A program made the position numbers and the translations under genes. A DNA stretch of 64,000 nucleotides from Eledone cirrhosa. Its lineage: Eukaryota. Positions within the stretch are counted from its first letter, which is position 1, and every line of letters starts with the position of its first letter. This document shows, in pieces, positions 41,463 to 56,690 of the stretch. The stretch lies in NCBI GenBank assembly GCA_964016885.1, contig OZ024751.1, positions 29,760,001 to 29,824,000 of the forward strand. Reading direction: 5' to 3'. A model generated the notes under the pieces. That model was not told the origin of the DNA, did no database searches, and worked only from the letters and a program-made list of their open reading frames with translations.

Positions 41463-42531
41463 ATCATCATCATCATCATCGTTTAACTTCCATCTTCCAC
41501 GCTAGCATGGGTTTAGACGGGAATTGTCCCACTTGAGGCAAGATTGGTTGTCTTGCTCGTATAGGACTGTCTGGCGGGTTTTCTATGGCTGGATGACCTT
41601 CCTAACACCAACCATGTTTACAGTGTGGACTGGGAGGTTTTTACCATGTTACCTACATGGCCACATTACAGCGTAGACTGTGTGTTTTTTTGTTGTGACA
41701 CCTACACGACCTCATTTATTTAGGACTGGATGTTGTAGTACCAACATAACTTTACAGAGAAAAGGTGGTGTAGATGGGGGTAGGGGTAGTGAGATAGGGT
41801 GTATTTTCGGTTAAGAGGTGTCTACTGACTGTAGGTTTCGCTTTGTACATAGGTAAGGTGGGTTTTCTGTATTACTACATAGCACCAAAGATCTCGGTCC
41901 AGTGGCATTGTCTTGGAGAGGTGCAAGTGTGTAAGGTCGGAATTTATCAAATCGTCCCAGGTTTTTCTGGGTCTACCTACTCCGTAACTTCCATCAATTT
42001 TGATCGCCCTGCTCTTTTTAATACAGCTGTCCTCTTTCATGCGCATCACGTGACCATACCAACGTAGTCTTCTCTCGAGTAAACAGCATCTGATCCCTCT
42101 TATTCCTAATTTCTCACGTAGTTCATTTATGCTTTGCTGTTCACATATATTACTATTACACATCCAGCAGAGCATGCAAGCTTCATTCCTCTCCAGTCTG
42201 CGTATATCCTCTGCACTCAATGCCCAAGTCTCACTGCCATGTAACATAGCTGTTCGTATGCAGGCATCATACAGTCTGCCTTTCATTTTTAGAGAGAAAC
42301 CTTTAGGGGCCAATAGTGGTATAAGCTCTCTGAACTTTTTCCATCCCATTCTGACTCTGGCTACTGTACTTTCAGAGCACCCTCCACCACTGGTGATTTT
42401 GTCACCCAGGTAATGGAAGGTGTCCACTATGTCTATAGAACCATCTGGGCAATTGAAGGAGCTAGTATCCTGTGGGCACTTGCTACTTATTGCACCTGAG
42501 CACCGGCCACATATAGAATCTTTGATCTTAG
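41463..42531 (-). mobile_element. 5'-truncated RTE-clade LINE (C-terminal ORF portion 41822-42531 and 3' UTR)
   Basis: VDTFHYLG..ARVRMGWKKFREL..MLHGSETW..RRLRWYGHVMRM..GRPRKTW; open frame; (GAT)n tail. Confidence 0.93.
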
Positions 42532-42772
42532 TATATATATATAATATATATATATATACACACATATATATGTATATACATGTGTGTGTGTGTGTGTCTG
42601 TGTATATATATATATATGTTCTTGATGATTTCATACAAATGAAACAGTTCTAGTCTTATAGGAGTCATTTCTCTATATAATAAATATATATATATATAGG
42701 GAGAGAGAGTGAGAGAGGAAGAGTGAGTGAGTGGAAGAGGGAGGGATTGGTTTTTCTGCTAGTAATAATAAT

Positions 42773-43549
42773 GATTGTTTCTACTTTTGGCACAAGGCCA
42801 GCAATTACCCCAGTGCATTACTGGTGCTTTATTTTATCGTTTCTGAAAGGATGAAAGGCAAAGTTAACCTCGGCAGATTTGTATTCAGAACGCAAAGGGC
42901 CATAACTCTATGCTGCAAAGCATGGTGTCTGACGCTCTACCAATACTGCCAAATAATTGTTTCTAATTTAGCCCAAGGCCAACAAAGTTGATTAAATTGA
43001 CCCCAGTGCATTATTACTACTAACTTTGGTAGGATTTGAACTCAGATTGTAAAGAGCAGGAACCAATACCACAAAGCATTTTGTCCGACGCTTTAATCAC
43101 TCTGCCTTTTATACTAACAATAGTTAGAATTAATACTTATAGTAATAATGGTTTCTTATTTAGGCTCAAGTCCTGAGGAAGGGAATGTCAGTTAAATTGA
43201 CCCCAGTGCATTACTAGTACTTTATTTTATCGACTTTGTAAGAATGGAAGGCAAAGCTAACCTCAGTGGGAACAAATGCCACAAAGCATTTTACCCGACC
43301 CTCTAATGATTCTTGCAAACGCACCATAATAACAATGATGATGATGATGATGATGATAATAATTGTTTCTACTATTGGCACAAGGCCATCAATTACCCAG
43401 TGCATTACTGGTACTTTATTTTATCAACCCCGTAAGGATGAAAGGCAAAGTTAACCTCGGCGGGATTTGAACTCAGAATGGCAAGGGCCATAACTCTATG
43501 CGCCAAAGCAAGGCGTCCGACCCTCTACCGATACTGCCAATTCACCGCC
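42773..43549 (-). mobile_element. Cluster of about 4 family A SINE copies (best copy 43361-43549)
   Basis: Repeated ccccagtgcattactggtactttattttatc...aaaggcaaagttaacctcggc. Confidence 0.85.
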
Positions 43550-45015
43550 CTTGGTAATAATAAAAATGATGATGATGATAATAATAATAATAATACCAAC
43601 AACAGCAATGATAAAAATATTTCAAATCCGTACTTTACACAGTTTTCTAGGTAACTTGTTATTAAAAGAGATCTCGTCAAAAGCTTGTGTGTTTTTCAAT
43701 AAAATGAATATATTATTGACTTCAACGTTGATTTTTTTTTTCATCCTTTAAGACAAGGAAAGGAAACACCTTAATAATAATAATAATAATAACAATGACG
43801 ATAATAATAAATAAAGAATCAAATAATTGAGATAAAAATTCCTTCCCTCTTCTTTTCTTCTTCCAGATGTTTCTAGCTTAAAAATATCATTTAAATGAAG
43901 AAAATTTTATTTTAACTGATATTTTATAAACTAATAATTTTTGAGGTTTTTGTTCTTTTTTATTTTTATTCTTTTTATTTTTTTGTGTAAGCGATGAAAA
44001 TTTTATTTCTTTGAATATATGTTTAAACTTAACGGAAGATAAAAATTATAAAATTATAATAATATGGAAGTGATGATTTCGTTCTCTCTTTCTTTCTATC
44101 TATCTTTCTTTCTTTTTTTTTTTCATTCATTCTTTTTTTAATTTTATTTTACTTCATTTTATTTCTAACTTGAGCTCTTTCAGTTTATTGTTTTTTGTGG
44201 TGGAGGTGTTGGTGTTGGTGGTGTAGGTGATGGTGGTGGTAGTGTTGGTGTTAATGATGGTGGGGGTGGTGTTAGTGATGGTGGTGGCACTTGTTTCGAA
44301 TATGTTTGGGGATTATTTTTATTTGTATAAGTGTGTATGTTTTGTTTTTTGTTAATGTTCATTGTTTATTTTATTTTATTTTATTTTTTTTTCTCATTCT
44401 GTAATTAATTCTAAGTTCATTGTTTTATAATTTACAGAAACGGTAAAACCGATTCTTCTTAATATTAGGTATCTGAAGACTTTAGATATTGGTGAAAATA
44501 AAAAAAAAATAAAAAATGAAATAAAATAAAAAAACAAAGCACAACAACAACAAAAATTACAAAGAACTATTTAGATTTTATGGAGTTAAGAAGTTTACCA
44601 TTTTTACGTGGAAGCTCATTGTTATTTCATAGCCCAACATCTTGAAAATTTAAAACCACAAATTCTCTAACAATCAAACCAAATATACCTTTTAAAAATT
44701 GTGGAATGAAATAAAATCTTGAATTAATACAAAATGATACACTATATCAGTTCTCAACACATCTCTCTGGAAGAAAAATAATTAAATTAAATAAAGAAAT
44801 ACAATTTAAAAAAAAAAAACTATATCTAAAGTAATAATTAACCTGCAAATTTACTACTCACTAAAAAAAAAACAATTCATCTATTTTACACCTGAATTAA
44901 AACCACAACAGAAAATAATCAATTACACTACTCCAGTTGCTCTTCACTGAAATTGACTTCCATTGGTTTTGACGATGAGTGTTCCAGTTGTTGACACAAA
45001 GGAATGACCTTTTTT

Positions 45016-45835
45016 TTAACCCTTTTGTTATAATATTTCCAATGAAAGACTCTGCCTATGGTTTTCAAATAATTTTGAAGATATTCAAGAATTTGGAGGA
45101 ATTTAGTAATATAACTAACTTTCTAAATATCAAATTGGTGTTTTGAACTTAAAGTGTCTTATGACAATATTCAAGAATTTGTAAGAATTTAGTAATTAAA
45201 TTGATGTTTGGAGCATAACTTATAGTGTGTATATTTATCTAAAAATCTTCCATCATAATTCTATGTAAGAACCTTTAACCCTTTTGTTACCATATTTCTA
45301 ATGAAAGACACTGCCTACGATTTTCGAATAATTATGAAAATATTCAAGAATATGTAGGAATTTAGTCTCATATTAGATTGATGTTTGGAACATAACTTAA
45401 ACTGTTTATTATATTTATCTAAAATCTTCCATCATAATTTTATCTAAGAACCTTTAACCCTTTTGTTACCATAGTTTAAATGAAAGATACTGCCTATGGT
45501 TTTCAAATAATTTTGAAAATATTTAAGAATTTGGAAGAATTTAGTAATATAATATTTTTTATTATTAAATTGGTGCTTAGAACATAACTTAAAGGTTATT
45601 ACATAAAATTATGATGGAAGATTTTTAGATAAATATAAACACTTTAACTTTTTTGTTACCATAATTTAAATGAAAGAAACTGCCTATGGTTTCCAAATCA
45701 TTTTGAAAATAATCAAGAATTTGGAGAGATTTAGTAACCTAACTAATTTTCTTATTAAGCTGGGGTTTGGAACATAGCTTAACATAGCTTAAGTTCTCAC
45801 AGAAAATTCTGATGAAAGATATTTTTTAAACACTT
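45016..45835 (+). repeat. Tandem array of piggyBac-MITE-derived units of ~180-260 bp
   Basis: Units start TTAAC(C/T)... at 45016, 45275, 45454, 45644. Confidence 0.8.
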
Positions 45836-47125
45836 TAAAAGAAAATTTTATAATCCCAAACCAGATGCTGTTAAGCCTTGTCACAGGGCCACACATAGTT
45901 AACTCCTGCTTTAGCTAAGACAAGTGTATTAATCTTTTTGATACCAGCCTGTCCAAGCCTGTCCCAAACAGTTCTGATTCTATGAAAATCAACCATTTTA
46001 AACTCTTCTTAGTTAAATAAAAAAACCTTCCAGCATAATTTGATATAAGAATTTTTGTGAAGTAGTGTTACAAATACTATCTTAGTAATGAAATAATTAA
46101 TAATTTTAATATATCCTTCAAATTTCATTGCTAATTAATTCATATGTAGTGTATTTCAAAAGAAATATCGTAATGGAATGGTGAAAAAACTTGTAAGCAA
46201 TCTTTGAATCTTACGAGGGGAAGAATATGTTTCTCAAAAAAAACAAAAACATCTCAAAACAAACATTTCAATGTGCAAATCTGTTCATTTCATGCCAAAA
46301 TGTAAAAGTTTGTTGTACAAAACTTTAAAAATTCAAAAATTCCACAAACGTAACTTGATCTTGTATAAGATTTACACAATATATAAGTTAAATTGCTAAG
46401 ACAATAATAATAAATTTACTTTATGTTGAAATGACAAAAATGGTAAAATAATTCCAGGCAATAATAGCAAACATGCATTTCATTCATTCTTAAAATGTAT
46501 ATATTCCAAAACTTTTATTATTATTGCATTGTTATTATCATTGTTGTTGTTGTTGTTGTTATTATTATTATTTCTGAATCTATATATTCTAACTTGTTAT
46601 TATGCTTCTTATTTATTTATTTTTATATTTCTTGTTGTTATTGTATTGTTTTCCTTTTGTCTTATATTTATTTTTATATAATGTTTTTAATTTATTTATT
46701 CATTTATTTTTTGCTGTTATTTTCTTTTGTTCCTTTCTCTTGCCCCCCCCCCCCCCCCATGTCTTGAAGAAAGTTAGCGGAACTGAACCAGTAAGAATGT
46801 CAAGAGTACATATTTAGCATAGGAACTACATTAACTTCCCACCATGACTGCCACCACAATCACCACCACCATCACCACCACCACTGCCACCATCACACTT
46901 AAATCATCTTCAGCTGCCAAACATAACAACAACACCAGTGACAAGAATGATTCTTCTTACGAAATTAATTTATCAAGCACACACACATACACACTCTCAC
47001 ATACACACACATATATCCTCACTCTTTCCTTTTCTACTCGATCTCTGCCTTCTCCTTGCCTTCCCTTTTCTGAGACACACACACATATACATATATATAT
47101 ATATATAAGCATATATATATATACA

Positions 47126-47160
<35 letters not shown>

Positions 47161-47269
47161 TTGTATGTGCATGCGTATACATATATATGAATGTATGTAT
47201 GTATATATATTATATATATTTATATACATATATATATATATTTATATATATATACATATATTTATATAT

Positions 47270-47343
<74 letters not shown>

Positions 47344-47769
47344 GTGCACACAACGAGGAGTATGTATGAAATTTTCAAGTATGCATATTAAGAATAAAAA
47401 ATAAATAGATAATAAATAAAATAAATAATTAAATAAACGAATAAATTAAATTTAAAAAAAAAGGCTAAAAAAAAAATGAAAATTTGTTTTAAGGAAAAAA
47501 GTCAGGAATTTGTTTCTTAACAATATAAAAGAGATGTTTTAGAAAATCATTGTCTATCAATTATAAAAGGAAGATTTTTGGTTTGTGAATATTTCTTTGT
47601 TTTTACCAATATATATATATAAGAAAGAACATAGGGAGAAGGTGTGTTGGTGGGAGCAGGGAATACTGCCGTACGTGCAGTGTTTTTTAGTGTGTAAATG
47701 AATACCTTAACACATCGAGATCTCTTATATATATATATATTTATATATATTTATTTATTTATTTATTGA

Positions 47770-47804
<35 letters not shown>

Positions 47805-47917
47805 TTATATATTTATATATATATATTTATATATATATTTAGATATATATATATATAGTTAGAGATATATATATATATTTATAGAGATATATATATATTT
47901 ATATATATTTATATATA

Positions 47918-47963
<46 letters not shown>

Positions 47964-48232
47964 ATTTTATATTATTTTATTTCATTTCATTTTGTGGGGT
48001 TTTATTTGATTTTGTTGGTTTATTTGATTTTGTTGGTTTATTTGTGCATGTCTGTTTGTATAGTTTTATCTATATGTTTGTTTGTTTGTCAGTTGCTTGT
48101 TTTCTTGGTAACTAAGTAGCTAGTTATGTATTTAATGTGGGTACAGAACTGTCGGAAATTTTGGCAGAACTAATGCTTCTGATTAGTCATCACTGACTTT
48201 TGAGGTTTTCTTTGCCATTTATATATATGTAC

Positions 48233-48282
<50 letters not shown>

Positions 48283-48375
48283 GTATATATATGTATATAT
48301 ATATGTATATATATGTATATATATGTATATATATATATTTATGTGTATATATATCTATATATCTATATATATATG

Positions 48376-48408
<33 letters not shown>

Positions 48409-48493
48409 GTATATATATATATGTATATATATATATGTATATATATATATGTATATATATATATGTATATATATGTATATATATATGTATATA

Positions 48494-48528
<35 letters not shown>

Positions 48529-48715
48529 GTATATGTGTATATATATATTTATATATATATGTATGTATATATATATGTATATGTATTTGTGTGTTTCCTC
48601 CTCAACAACTTCATCAATTTGTTTACTTGAGAGAACAGATGATTAAATGAAACAGGTGATATGTATGTATGCATCTCCCCCCTCTCTCTCTCCCTCTCTT
48701 TATATATATATATAA

Positions 48716-48763
<48 letters not shown>

Positions 48764-48900
48764 CTGTGTGTATGTACATACGTTGTTCCACATATGAATG
48801 TGTTTCTACTTATTTCTACATATGTGTATTATATATATATATATATATATACATATATATATACACACACATATATATATATATATATACATATATATAT

Positions 48901-48943
<43 letters not shown>

Positions 48944-49309
48944 AAACTCTCTATCTCTTCAGACTGACACACGCATGCACTCACCTACACACACAGTAAT
49001 GTACAGTTATAGAAATTAAACAGACACACACACAAACACACAGATATTTACCCATCGCCACACACATACACACACATACACACATGGATTCCAGAGGAAG
49101 ATGAATAATTTGAGAATGGATGTATGTGAAAGATGTGAAAGAATGTAAGTTCGCAGCAAATATTGCAAGGACAAGGAGAGAGGGGGGGAGTAGTTGGTGG
49201 GAGTGGAGAGAGAGGGAAGAGGGAGGGAGAGAGTATGAGAGATGTTGTGGAATAAATGGTGACATATACAGGGAATAGTGTGAAGGGACATATATGTGGG
49301 GGGGGGGTG

Positions 49310-49472
49310 CATGGGTGTGTGGTTAAGGAGCCCACTTCACAAACTTGTGGTGGCAGGTTCAGTCCTTTTCCTGTGTGGTATCTTGGACAATTGTCTTCTA
49401 CTACTACCGCCTCAGGTTGACCAATGCCTTGAAAGTGGAATCTGGTAGAGAGAAACTATATAGAAGCCTGTC
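49310..49472 (+). mobile_element. Decayed tRNA-derived SINE, family C (octopus-type); relatives at 7010-7110 and 54735-54860 (-)
   Basis: gtgtggttaag..caggttcagtcc..tgtcttctact..gaccaatgccttg..tggtaga..gaaact..agaagcc. Confidence 0.65.
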
Positions 49473-50404
49473 ATATATGCTTATATATATGTATATATAT
49501 ATATATATATGTATACATATATATACATTTATGTGATATGGTATGGACCTGTAACACCTGAGGTAGCCATAGGGGTGCTATATAGACATATGGCATTTTC
49601 AAAACCTGGTGGAGCCCATCTCCTCTCCAGGCCTGATTACAGCAGATTTCTTCCAGAGAAGAATAGAGAGTGAGAGAAAGGAAGCGAGAATGAGATATAG
49701 AAGAAGAATTGGCTCCAGTACTTGACTGGCAATTTTGTTATCAACCTCAAAAGGATGAAAGGTAACGTTGACCTCGCCAGTATTGAATTGAGAGAGCAGT
49801 GAGCCAGAATGAATACCACAGAGCACTCTATCTGATGTTCTAATGATTCTGGCCATTTGTTTGATATAGAAATGACATCCAGCCATAGAAAACCTGCCAA
49901 ACAAAGGGTCAGGAGCAGTCTTCAACTATGTAAAAATCATGATAATTTCCCTAGTGCTAGCGTTATGATAAAATATAGGAATATATGTGAGATGTAGATC
50001 CTCTGTCTCATCTGTGAGGACACAAGCTCATTTTTTTGTACTGTGAAAACCATCCAGCCCTTGCTAGCCAGGAAGATGGACATTAATTTATGACAAAGAT
50101 GATGATATTTGTATGGAAAAGATAAAAGCAAATAATAATTACACAAAGTCTCCTATTACTTTTACAATTGCAGGAAAAGGGAAAAGAATGCCTTAACATA
50201 TCAGACATTAGTCCTTCATCGGAGAAAAAGGTTAAGTTAGGAGAGAGAGGAGATTTGAATGTTAGGGGTAAAAAAAGGAAAGGTTTATCAGGTTGGGTGA
50301 AATTGGTATTGAGACAGACAGGGCTGGAGCTACCATTACTAGGCAGTCACCAAGAGTGTAGACCTCAGAAAGGCACCTTACTAAACCTTATAGGATAATA
50401 TATA

Positions 50405-50443
<39 letters not shown>

Positions 50444-50762
50444 GCACACACACAAATATATATTGTACTTCATACCCTGGCACACTCTTTAAATATAAAA
50501 ACTAGAACTTTATAGCGATTCAAATAGATAAGAAAACTTTTCATGGTGGTCTACATACAGTTAATGTGTGTGTATATATATATATACACATACATGCATG
50601 TATATATATATATATATATACACACACACATGTGCATACACACACACATATATACACACACACACACACACACATATGAATATACACACAAAAATGCATA
50701 CATTACAATTCTAACACAAAGTATGTGAGCACAAGCAAACACTCACTCACTCACGCACACAA

Positions 50763-50817
<55 letters not shown>

Positions 50818-51034
50818 TTCTAGTGCTTCAACAAATTACAATAAAATTTTGTTTCCTATATTAAAACTACTTTACATTTGAACTTTTGGACATTGATAAA
50901 CATTTGCAGACATAAACATGGCTGCTGTGTTAAAGATGGCTGCCGTGTGTGATGGTGGCTTTGCTTGTTTTAATAATACAGACAGCTAGATGATATTAAA
51001 ACTGCCCTTCATAGCAGAGAGAAATGTAAATAGC

Positions 51035-51560
51035 AATCATCATCATCAGCATCATCATCATTGTCAACAGCATCATTGTCATCATCATCATCATCATCAT
51101 CATCGTAGTGTATATCTTCATCATCATAACATACATATCTGTACATGTGTTCACCTCCATCATCATCATCATCATACATATCTGTACATGTGTTCACCTC
51201 CATCATCATCATCATCATCATCATCATACATATCTGTACATGTGTTCACCTCCATCATCATCATCATCATACATATCTGTACATGTGTTCACCATCATCA
51301 TCATCATCATCATCATCATCATATATATGTGTATATGTCTTCACCTTCATCATCACCAGCATCATCATCATATATGTGTATACATGTGTTCACCTTCACC
51401 ATCATCATCACCAGCATCATCATCATATATGTGTATACGTGTGTTCACCTTCACCACATCATCATCATCATCATAATATATATATGTGTATACATCTTCA
51501 TCATCATAGTATATATATATATATATATGTGTACATGTCTTCACCACCATCATCATCATC
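51035..51560. repeat. (CAT)n-based minisatellite (catacatatctgtacatgtgttcacctc-(cat)n)
   Basis: About 7 recurring units. Confidence 0.85.
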
Positions 51561-51569
51561 ATAGTGTCC

Positions 51570-51920
51570 CACCCTCTACCAATACTGCCAAACCACCATC
51601 TTGATAATAATTGTTTCTACTATTGGCACAAGGCCAGCAATTACCTCAGTACATTACTGGTACTTTATTTTATTGACTCTGTAAGGATGAAAGGCAAAGT
51701 TAATCTTGGCAGGATTTGAACACAGAACGTAAAGGGCCAGAACTCTGTGTCATGAAGCACAGTGTCTGATGCGTTGTCTGATGCTCTACAGACTCAGGTT
51801 AATAATAATGGTACATTATTTTATCGACCCCATAAGGATGAAAGGGAAGGCAACCTTGACAGGATTTGAACTCAGAACCTAAAGGGACGTAACTCTATAT
51901 CGCAAAGCGTGGTGTACGAT
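51570..51920 (-). mobile_element. Family A SINE cluster
   Basis: Homology to 43361-43549. Confidence 0.8.
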
Positions 51921-53124
51921 ACTACTATATATTTATATACATCATCATCATCATCATCATCATAAAATATAAGTGTGCACGTTACCATCATCATCACCAC
52001 CATCACTATCATAATCATCATCATCAACATCATCATCATCATCGCCATCATCATTCTCATCATTATAACCATTATCATCATCAACATTACCAACATCATC
52101 ATCACCATCATCATCATCATCATCATCACCATCATCACCATCATCATCATCATAGGCTGAAGCTTCTTGGTATGACTAGTGTATGTACACAAATGTGATA
52201 GCACTACCATACACCACGTAGTCTACACACACACACACACACACACACACAAATACACACACATACACACACACATACACACACACACACACACACATAC
52301 ACACACATGCATGTGTAGACATACACACACACTTTATAATTGTAATATTTCTTTATATTAGCACACGCCATCATCACCATCAGTACCAACACCACCACAC
52401 CACCACCACCACACACTATCACACACTGCCATCATCAGCATCACTGTAACAAGCACCAGCACATCACCACACGCCACCACAACCACATCATCACCATCAC
52501 CACCACAACCACTACATCATCATAGACCCACACCACTACAATCACCATACCAAAAGCACCTGATAACCAGCACCAGCAGCACCACCACCACCACCATCAC
52601 CATGCCACCACCACCGCCACTACCACCAACACAACATTTCCATATCATCATCACCATCACCACCAGCACCACATTACCATACCACCACCACCACCGCCAC
52701 CACCGCCACCACCACCTCCGCCACCACCATCACCACCACCACCGCCACCACCACCATCACCACCACCACCACTACTAAATACATCAAAATTCCCTGTCTT
52801 TGACTCCCCAACAGCCATCAAATCAGAATGTTTACTCTACTTACACAATATTTATTACAGGAATCATAAATAGATTCTCATTAATATGTAAATTCTGCAG
52901 AAACTCCATTATTGTGCAATCTCTTTGAAAAATATTTGTGGAAATTTTTATGAATGTCGAGTTGGGGTTGTGGTGTAGTGGAGGTATGGTTCGGTGTGGT
53001 GAATAAAATTTATTTAAAAAAAATGAAAAAAAAAATGATTAGTTTAATTTTTAAAATGATCCAACTGAATCACAAGTGAATTTCTAAGTCTTGGATTTCT
53101 ATATATCGTGGACTTTATTAAAAA

Positions 53125-53428
53125 CCTGTTAAATGGTCATTTCGGTGCCACAATAAAATGCATCTAATCTACACTATAAAGTGGTTATTTTGGTGCCACA
53201 ATAAAAAGCACACAGCCCACACTAGCGCCCAGGCCACACTGTTAAGTGGTTGTTTTGGTGCCACAATAAAAAGCATCAGTCCACACTGTAAAGTGGTCAT
53301 TTCAGTGTCACAATAAATAGCACCAAGTCCACACAGTTAAGAGGTTCTGTGATAAAAAGCACCCAGTACACACTGTATAGTAGTCATTTCTGTGTTACAA
53401 TAAAAAACACCCAGTCCACACTGTAAAT
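53125..53428 (+). repeat. ~43-bp tandem repeat of a SINE/RTE-tail-like motif (ccacactgtaaagtggt...gtgccacaataaaagcac)
   Basis: About 6-7 units; the same motif is repeated at 26085-26230 and 33380-33505 just before the aggaagggcatccag-type tail. Confidence 0.75.
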
Positions 53429-54243
53429 TCTTCCAACATACTCCCTTACCCAGGTGACGTGACCAAGGTTGATCAAACCTTAGCCTGTGTCCAAACACCT
53501 AGTGTTGGGGTGACTCAATATATTATAAAAAAACACATGGCAAACTAGCACATACCTTCCTTGGTACTCAGAGTTTACTGAAGCAAGCTGATATTATTGC
53601 TGCTTCATTTTTCAGCCATTTGCAATAACATCAGCTTGCCACCTTAACTATAATAAAGTAAGGAGTGCTGGACTGAGTCCAGAATATATTTTTTACCCCG
53701 TTTGTAAAATAAGTTGGATTACTTTGAATAAATAATGAATGAATATTACATAATTTATCTACTAAATTTCGTGGCTGTTGATATATTTTATAGCTTACTT
53801 AAAGATTCACTTCTTTAACATTTTCAAATGTCAACACTCCCGGTTAACGGCCGTTATATTATAACACTTATAAAAATATTGCATATATTTCCATCACTAA
53901 TTTTCTCCTAATGCAGTTTTTATATAATATCATCTTTTTTTAAAATGTATCCTGGATTACGTTACTGATTACATAAGACAGTGTAACATAGACTTCGTTC
54001 AATTTCTATGTATATTGTCAATTACGATTTTATTTGATGTATCATATCTACATGTATATATACTTGCATATAATATCAATATACACACTACACATGCTAG
54101 CAGAAAACCACCCAAAGGGTGGTTTTCCTGCTAGTATATATAAATATATATATATTTTTAAAGCAGAAGTAAAAACGATGATGATTATGATATATATATA
54201 TATTAGGTATCATATATATATATATATGCATATATTAGGTATC

Positions 54244-54290
<47 letters not shown>

Positions 54291-55951
54291 TCATATATAT
54301 ATACATATATATATATATTAGGTATCAAATTAACAATGAAAATAAAAACAACAAAGTCAAGTTACTTTACCTATTCATATCATTGTTTTATGATCGTTTC
54401 AGAGGGTTGATCATATTGACATATTGTCTGATCTATAGCAGTTATATATAACAGTACAGACCAATCCACCAGAGGTAGAACACACTGAAAAAAAAAGAAA
54501 AAAAAATATATATATATATATATATAGTATAATAATGATAAATAATAAATACAAAGACCAAATACACATCTATATATGAGGTCCAACAAGCTTTTGTTTC
54601 TAGAGTTGGGCCAGATCGATACAGATCGAACCTTGAGCTGATCAATAGTGAAACACGTGTCACTACTCAATAAACATAATGATGACAACAAATTGTCCTT
54701 TTTATTATTATTATTATATACATGTACATATTTTTATCTATCAAATTTCACTCACAAGGGTGTACTAGCAGACATTTTACATTTATTCGAGGTTCCTTAC
54801 TAAGAAACTGAACCCAAATCCTCATAGTTCCAAAGCAAACTCCTTAACCACATGGCCAAGCCTGTATAATATTTCAGAAATTTCTCCATTTCAAATTCTG
54901 TTCCTCAATTTATCTATCACAAAATTTTCTTTTTGTTTGTTTGTTTCTTTGTATGTTTGTTAGTTTGTGCTGTTTTGTTTTGCATTCATAATTTTCCATT
55001 AATGGTATTTCCTATGTTAATTTATATCCTTTTGGAAGAAAACCAGGATATTACCATTTAAATGGTCACAGACTATCCTGCTGGGAGGAAATAAACTAAG
55101 AAATTGGTGCCAATTCTAACACAATTCAAGGAATATGAAGATTACAAGAAATAGTCAAAGGAACATATTTTATCATAACATATATATATATATGTGTGTG
55201 TGTGAGTGTATTTATGTATATATATATATGTGTGTGTATACGAAATATATATGTGTGCATGTGTGTGAGTGTATTTATGTATATATATATAATACATATA
55301 TGTGTGTTTATGTGTGTGTGTGTGCGTGTATTTATATATGTGTGTGTGTGTGTATGCATATTTATATATAGATCTGTGTTTGTGTGTGAATTATATATAT
55401 GTGTGTGTATGTGTGTGTATATATATATATAACTATTGAAACAGCAAGAGCTCAGCCATTGGGTCTTGACTCTTTATAATACATATGTGTGTGTGTGTGT
55501 CCAGCGTTCAATTGGGTGTAACCACAGTAAGTAAGGTACTCAATACATTAGTAGTGTGTATACAAAATTTAATATAGAAATGACTTCTACAGGGCTAGAA
55601 CTATTTCATTCGAAAGAAATTAGCAGGAAAGCCCTGATGATTTCCTTTAAATGAAACAGTTCTAGTCTTGTAGAATCCATTTCTATATTAAATTATATAT
55701 ATATATAGTTTCAGAAGGATCCTGTTAAGGGTGAAAGCAGTGATTCTTTGTTTAAACTTTAATCTGTTATTTTAATATTTGCTCTAGGGTTCTTATATAT
55801 TTGATATATATTTATCCTTATCGAGCCCTCTTTGGATTTTAGTCATCAAATTTATTATTATTACTATATACACAACTATTATTATACACAAACAGATTGT
55901 GACATGACACGAATCTAACTAAAATATATATACATACAAATGTAACTTTAA

Positions 55952-55991
<40 letters not shown>

Positions 55992-56257
55992 TACACATAG
56001 ATATTTTAATGCATACATATATTCTAATATGCACATTTACATGTATAACTTTGAATACATACATATACATAGACACATAAATCTTTGAATGTAAACATAC
56101 ATATATACTTACAAGCACAACACTTTGAATACATATATATATATACATGTGTATCTTTTAATGCATACACATATACACATTTTTGTATATGTACATATTC
56201 ATATGTACACATCTAGATGTATATCTTTGAATATATACATATATATATATATATACA

Positions 56258-56690
56258 ATATATTAACAAATGGAAACTATATTTATAAAACCATATTTAT
56301 TTCATTATACATATTTCAAGGACACCAAAGCAAATTATGGTGCGCTTTCGTCAGATAAAATATAATATAGATCAGTTTTATAAACAAATATTGACATACC
56401 CTTAAATATTGACATACCCTTAAAAGAATGCGACCATGTCTGTTGGAAGCTCCCGGGAGATTCCAACAGACATGGTCGCATTCTTTTAAGGGTATGTCAA
56501 TATTTGTTTATAAAACTGATCTATATTATATTTTATCTGATGAAAGTGCACCATAATTTACTTTGGTGTCCTTGAAATATGTATAATGAAATAAATATGG
56601 GTTTATAAATATAGTTTCCATTTATTAATATATCGTATTTTTACTCCAAAAATTTGTTGAGTGCTTTATATCAGTTATAAAAATATTTGC
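56258..56690. mobile_element. ~375-bp spacerless palindrome centred on CCC|GGG (56454/56455), PLE-like, with a hammerhead on each strand
   Basis: Arms ~56258-56454 and 56455-56633; an ~18-bp tandem duplication in the left arm; TTGAGTGC at 56657. Confidence 0.85.
56530..56592 (+). ncRNA. Type I hammerhead ribozyme, predicted cleavage AUA after 56585
   Basis: attttat-CTGATGA(56537-56543)-aagtgcacca...tggtgtcctt-GAA-ATATGTAT-A-atgaaat; the minus-strand twin has CTGACGA. Confidence 0.72.

Noticed and set aside
50191-50226. Minus-strand CCGATGA-aggac/gtct-GATATGTT as an active ribozyme
   Set aside because: Several core substitutions; at most a fossil
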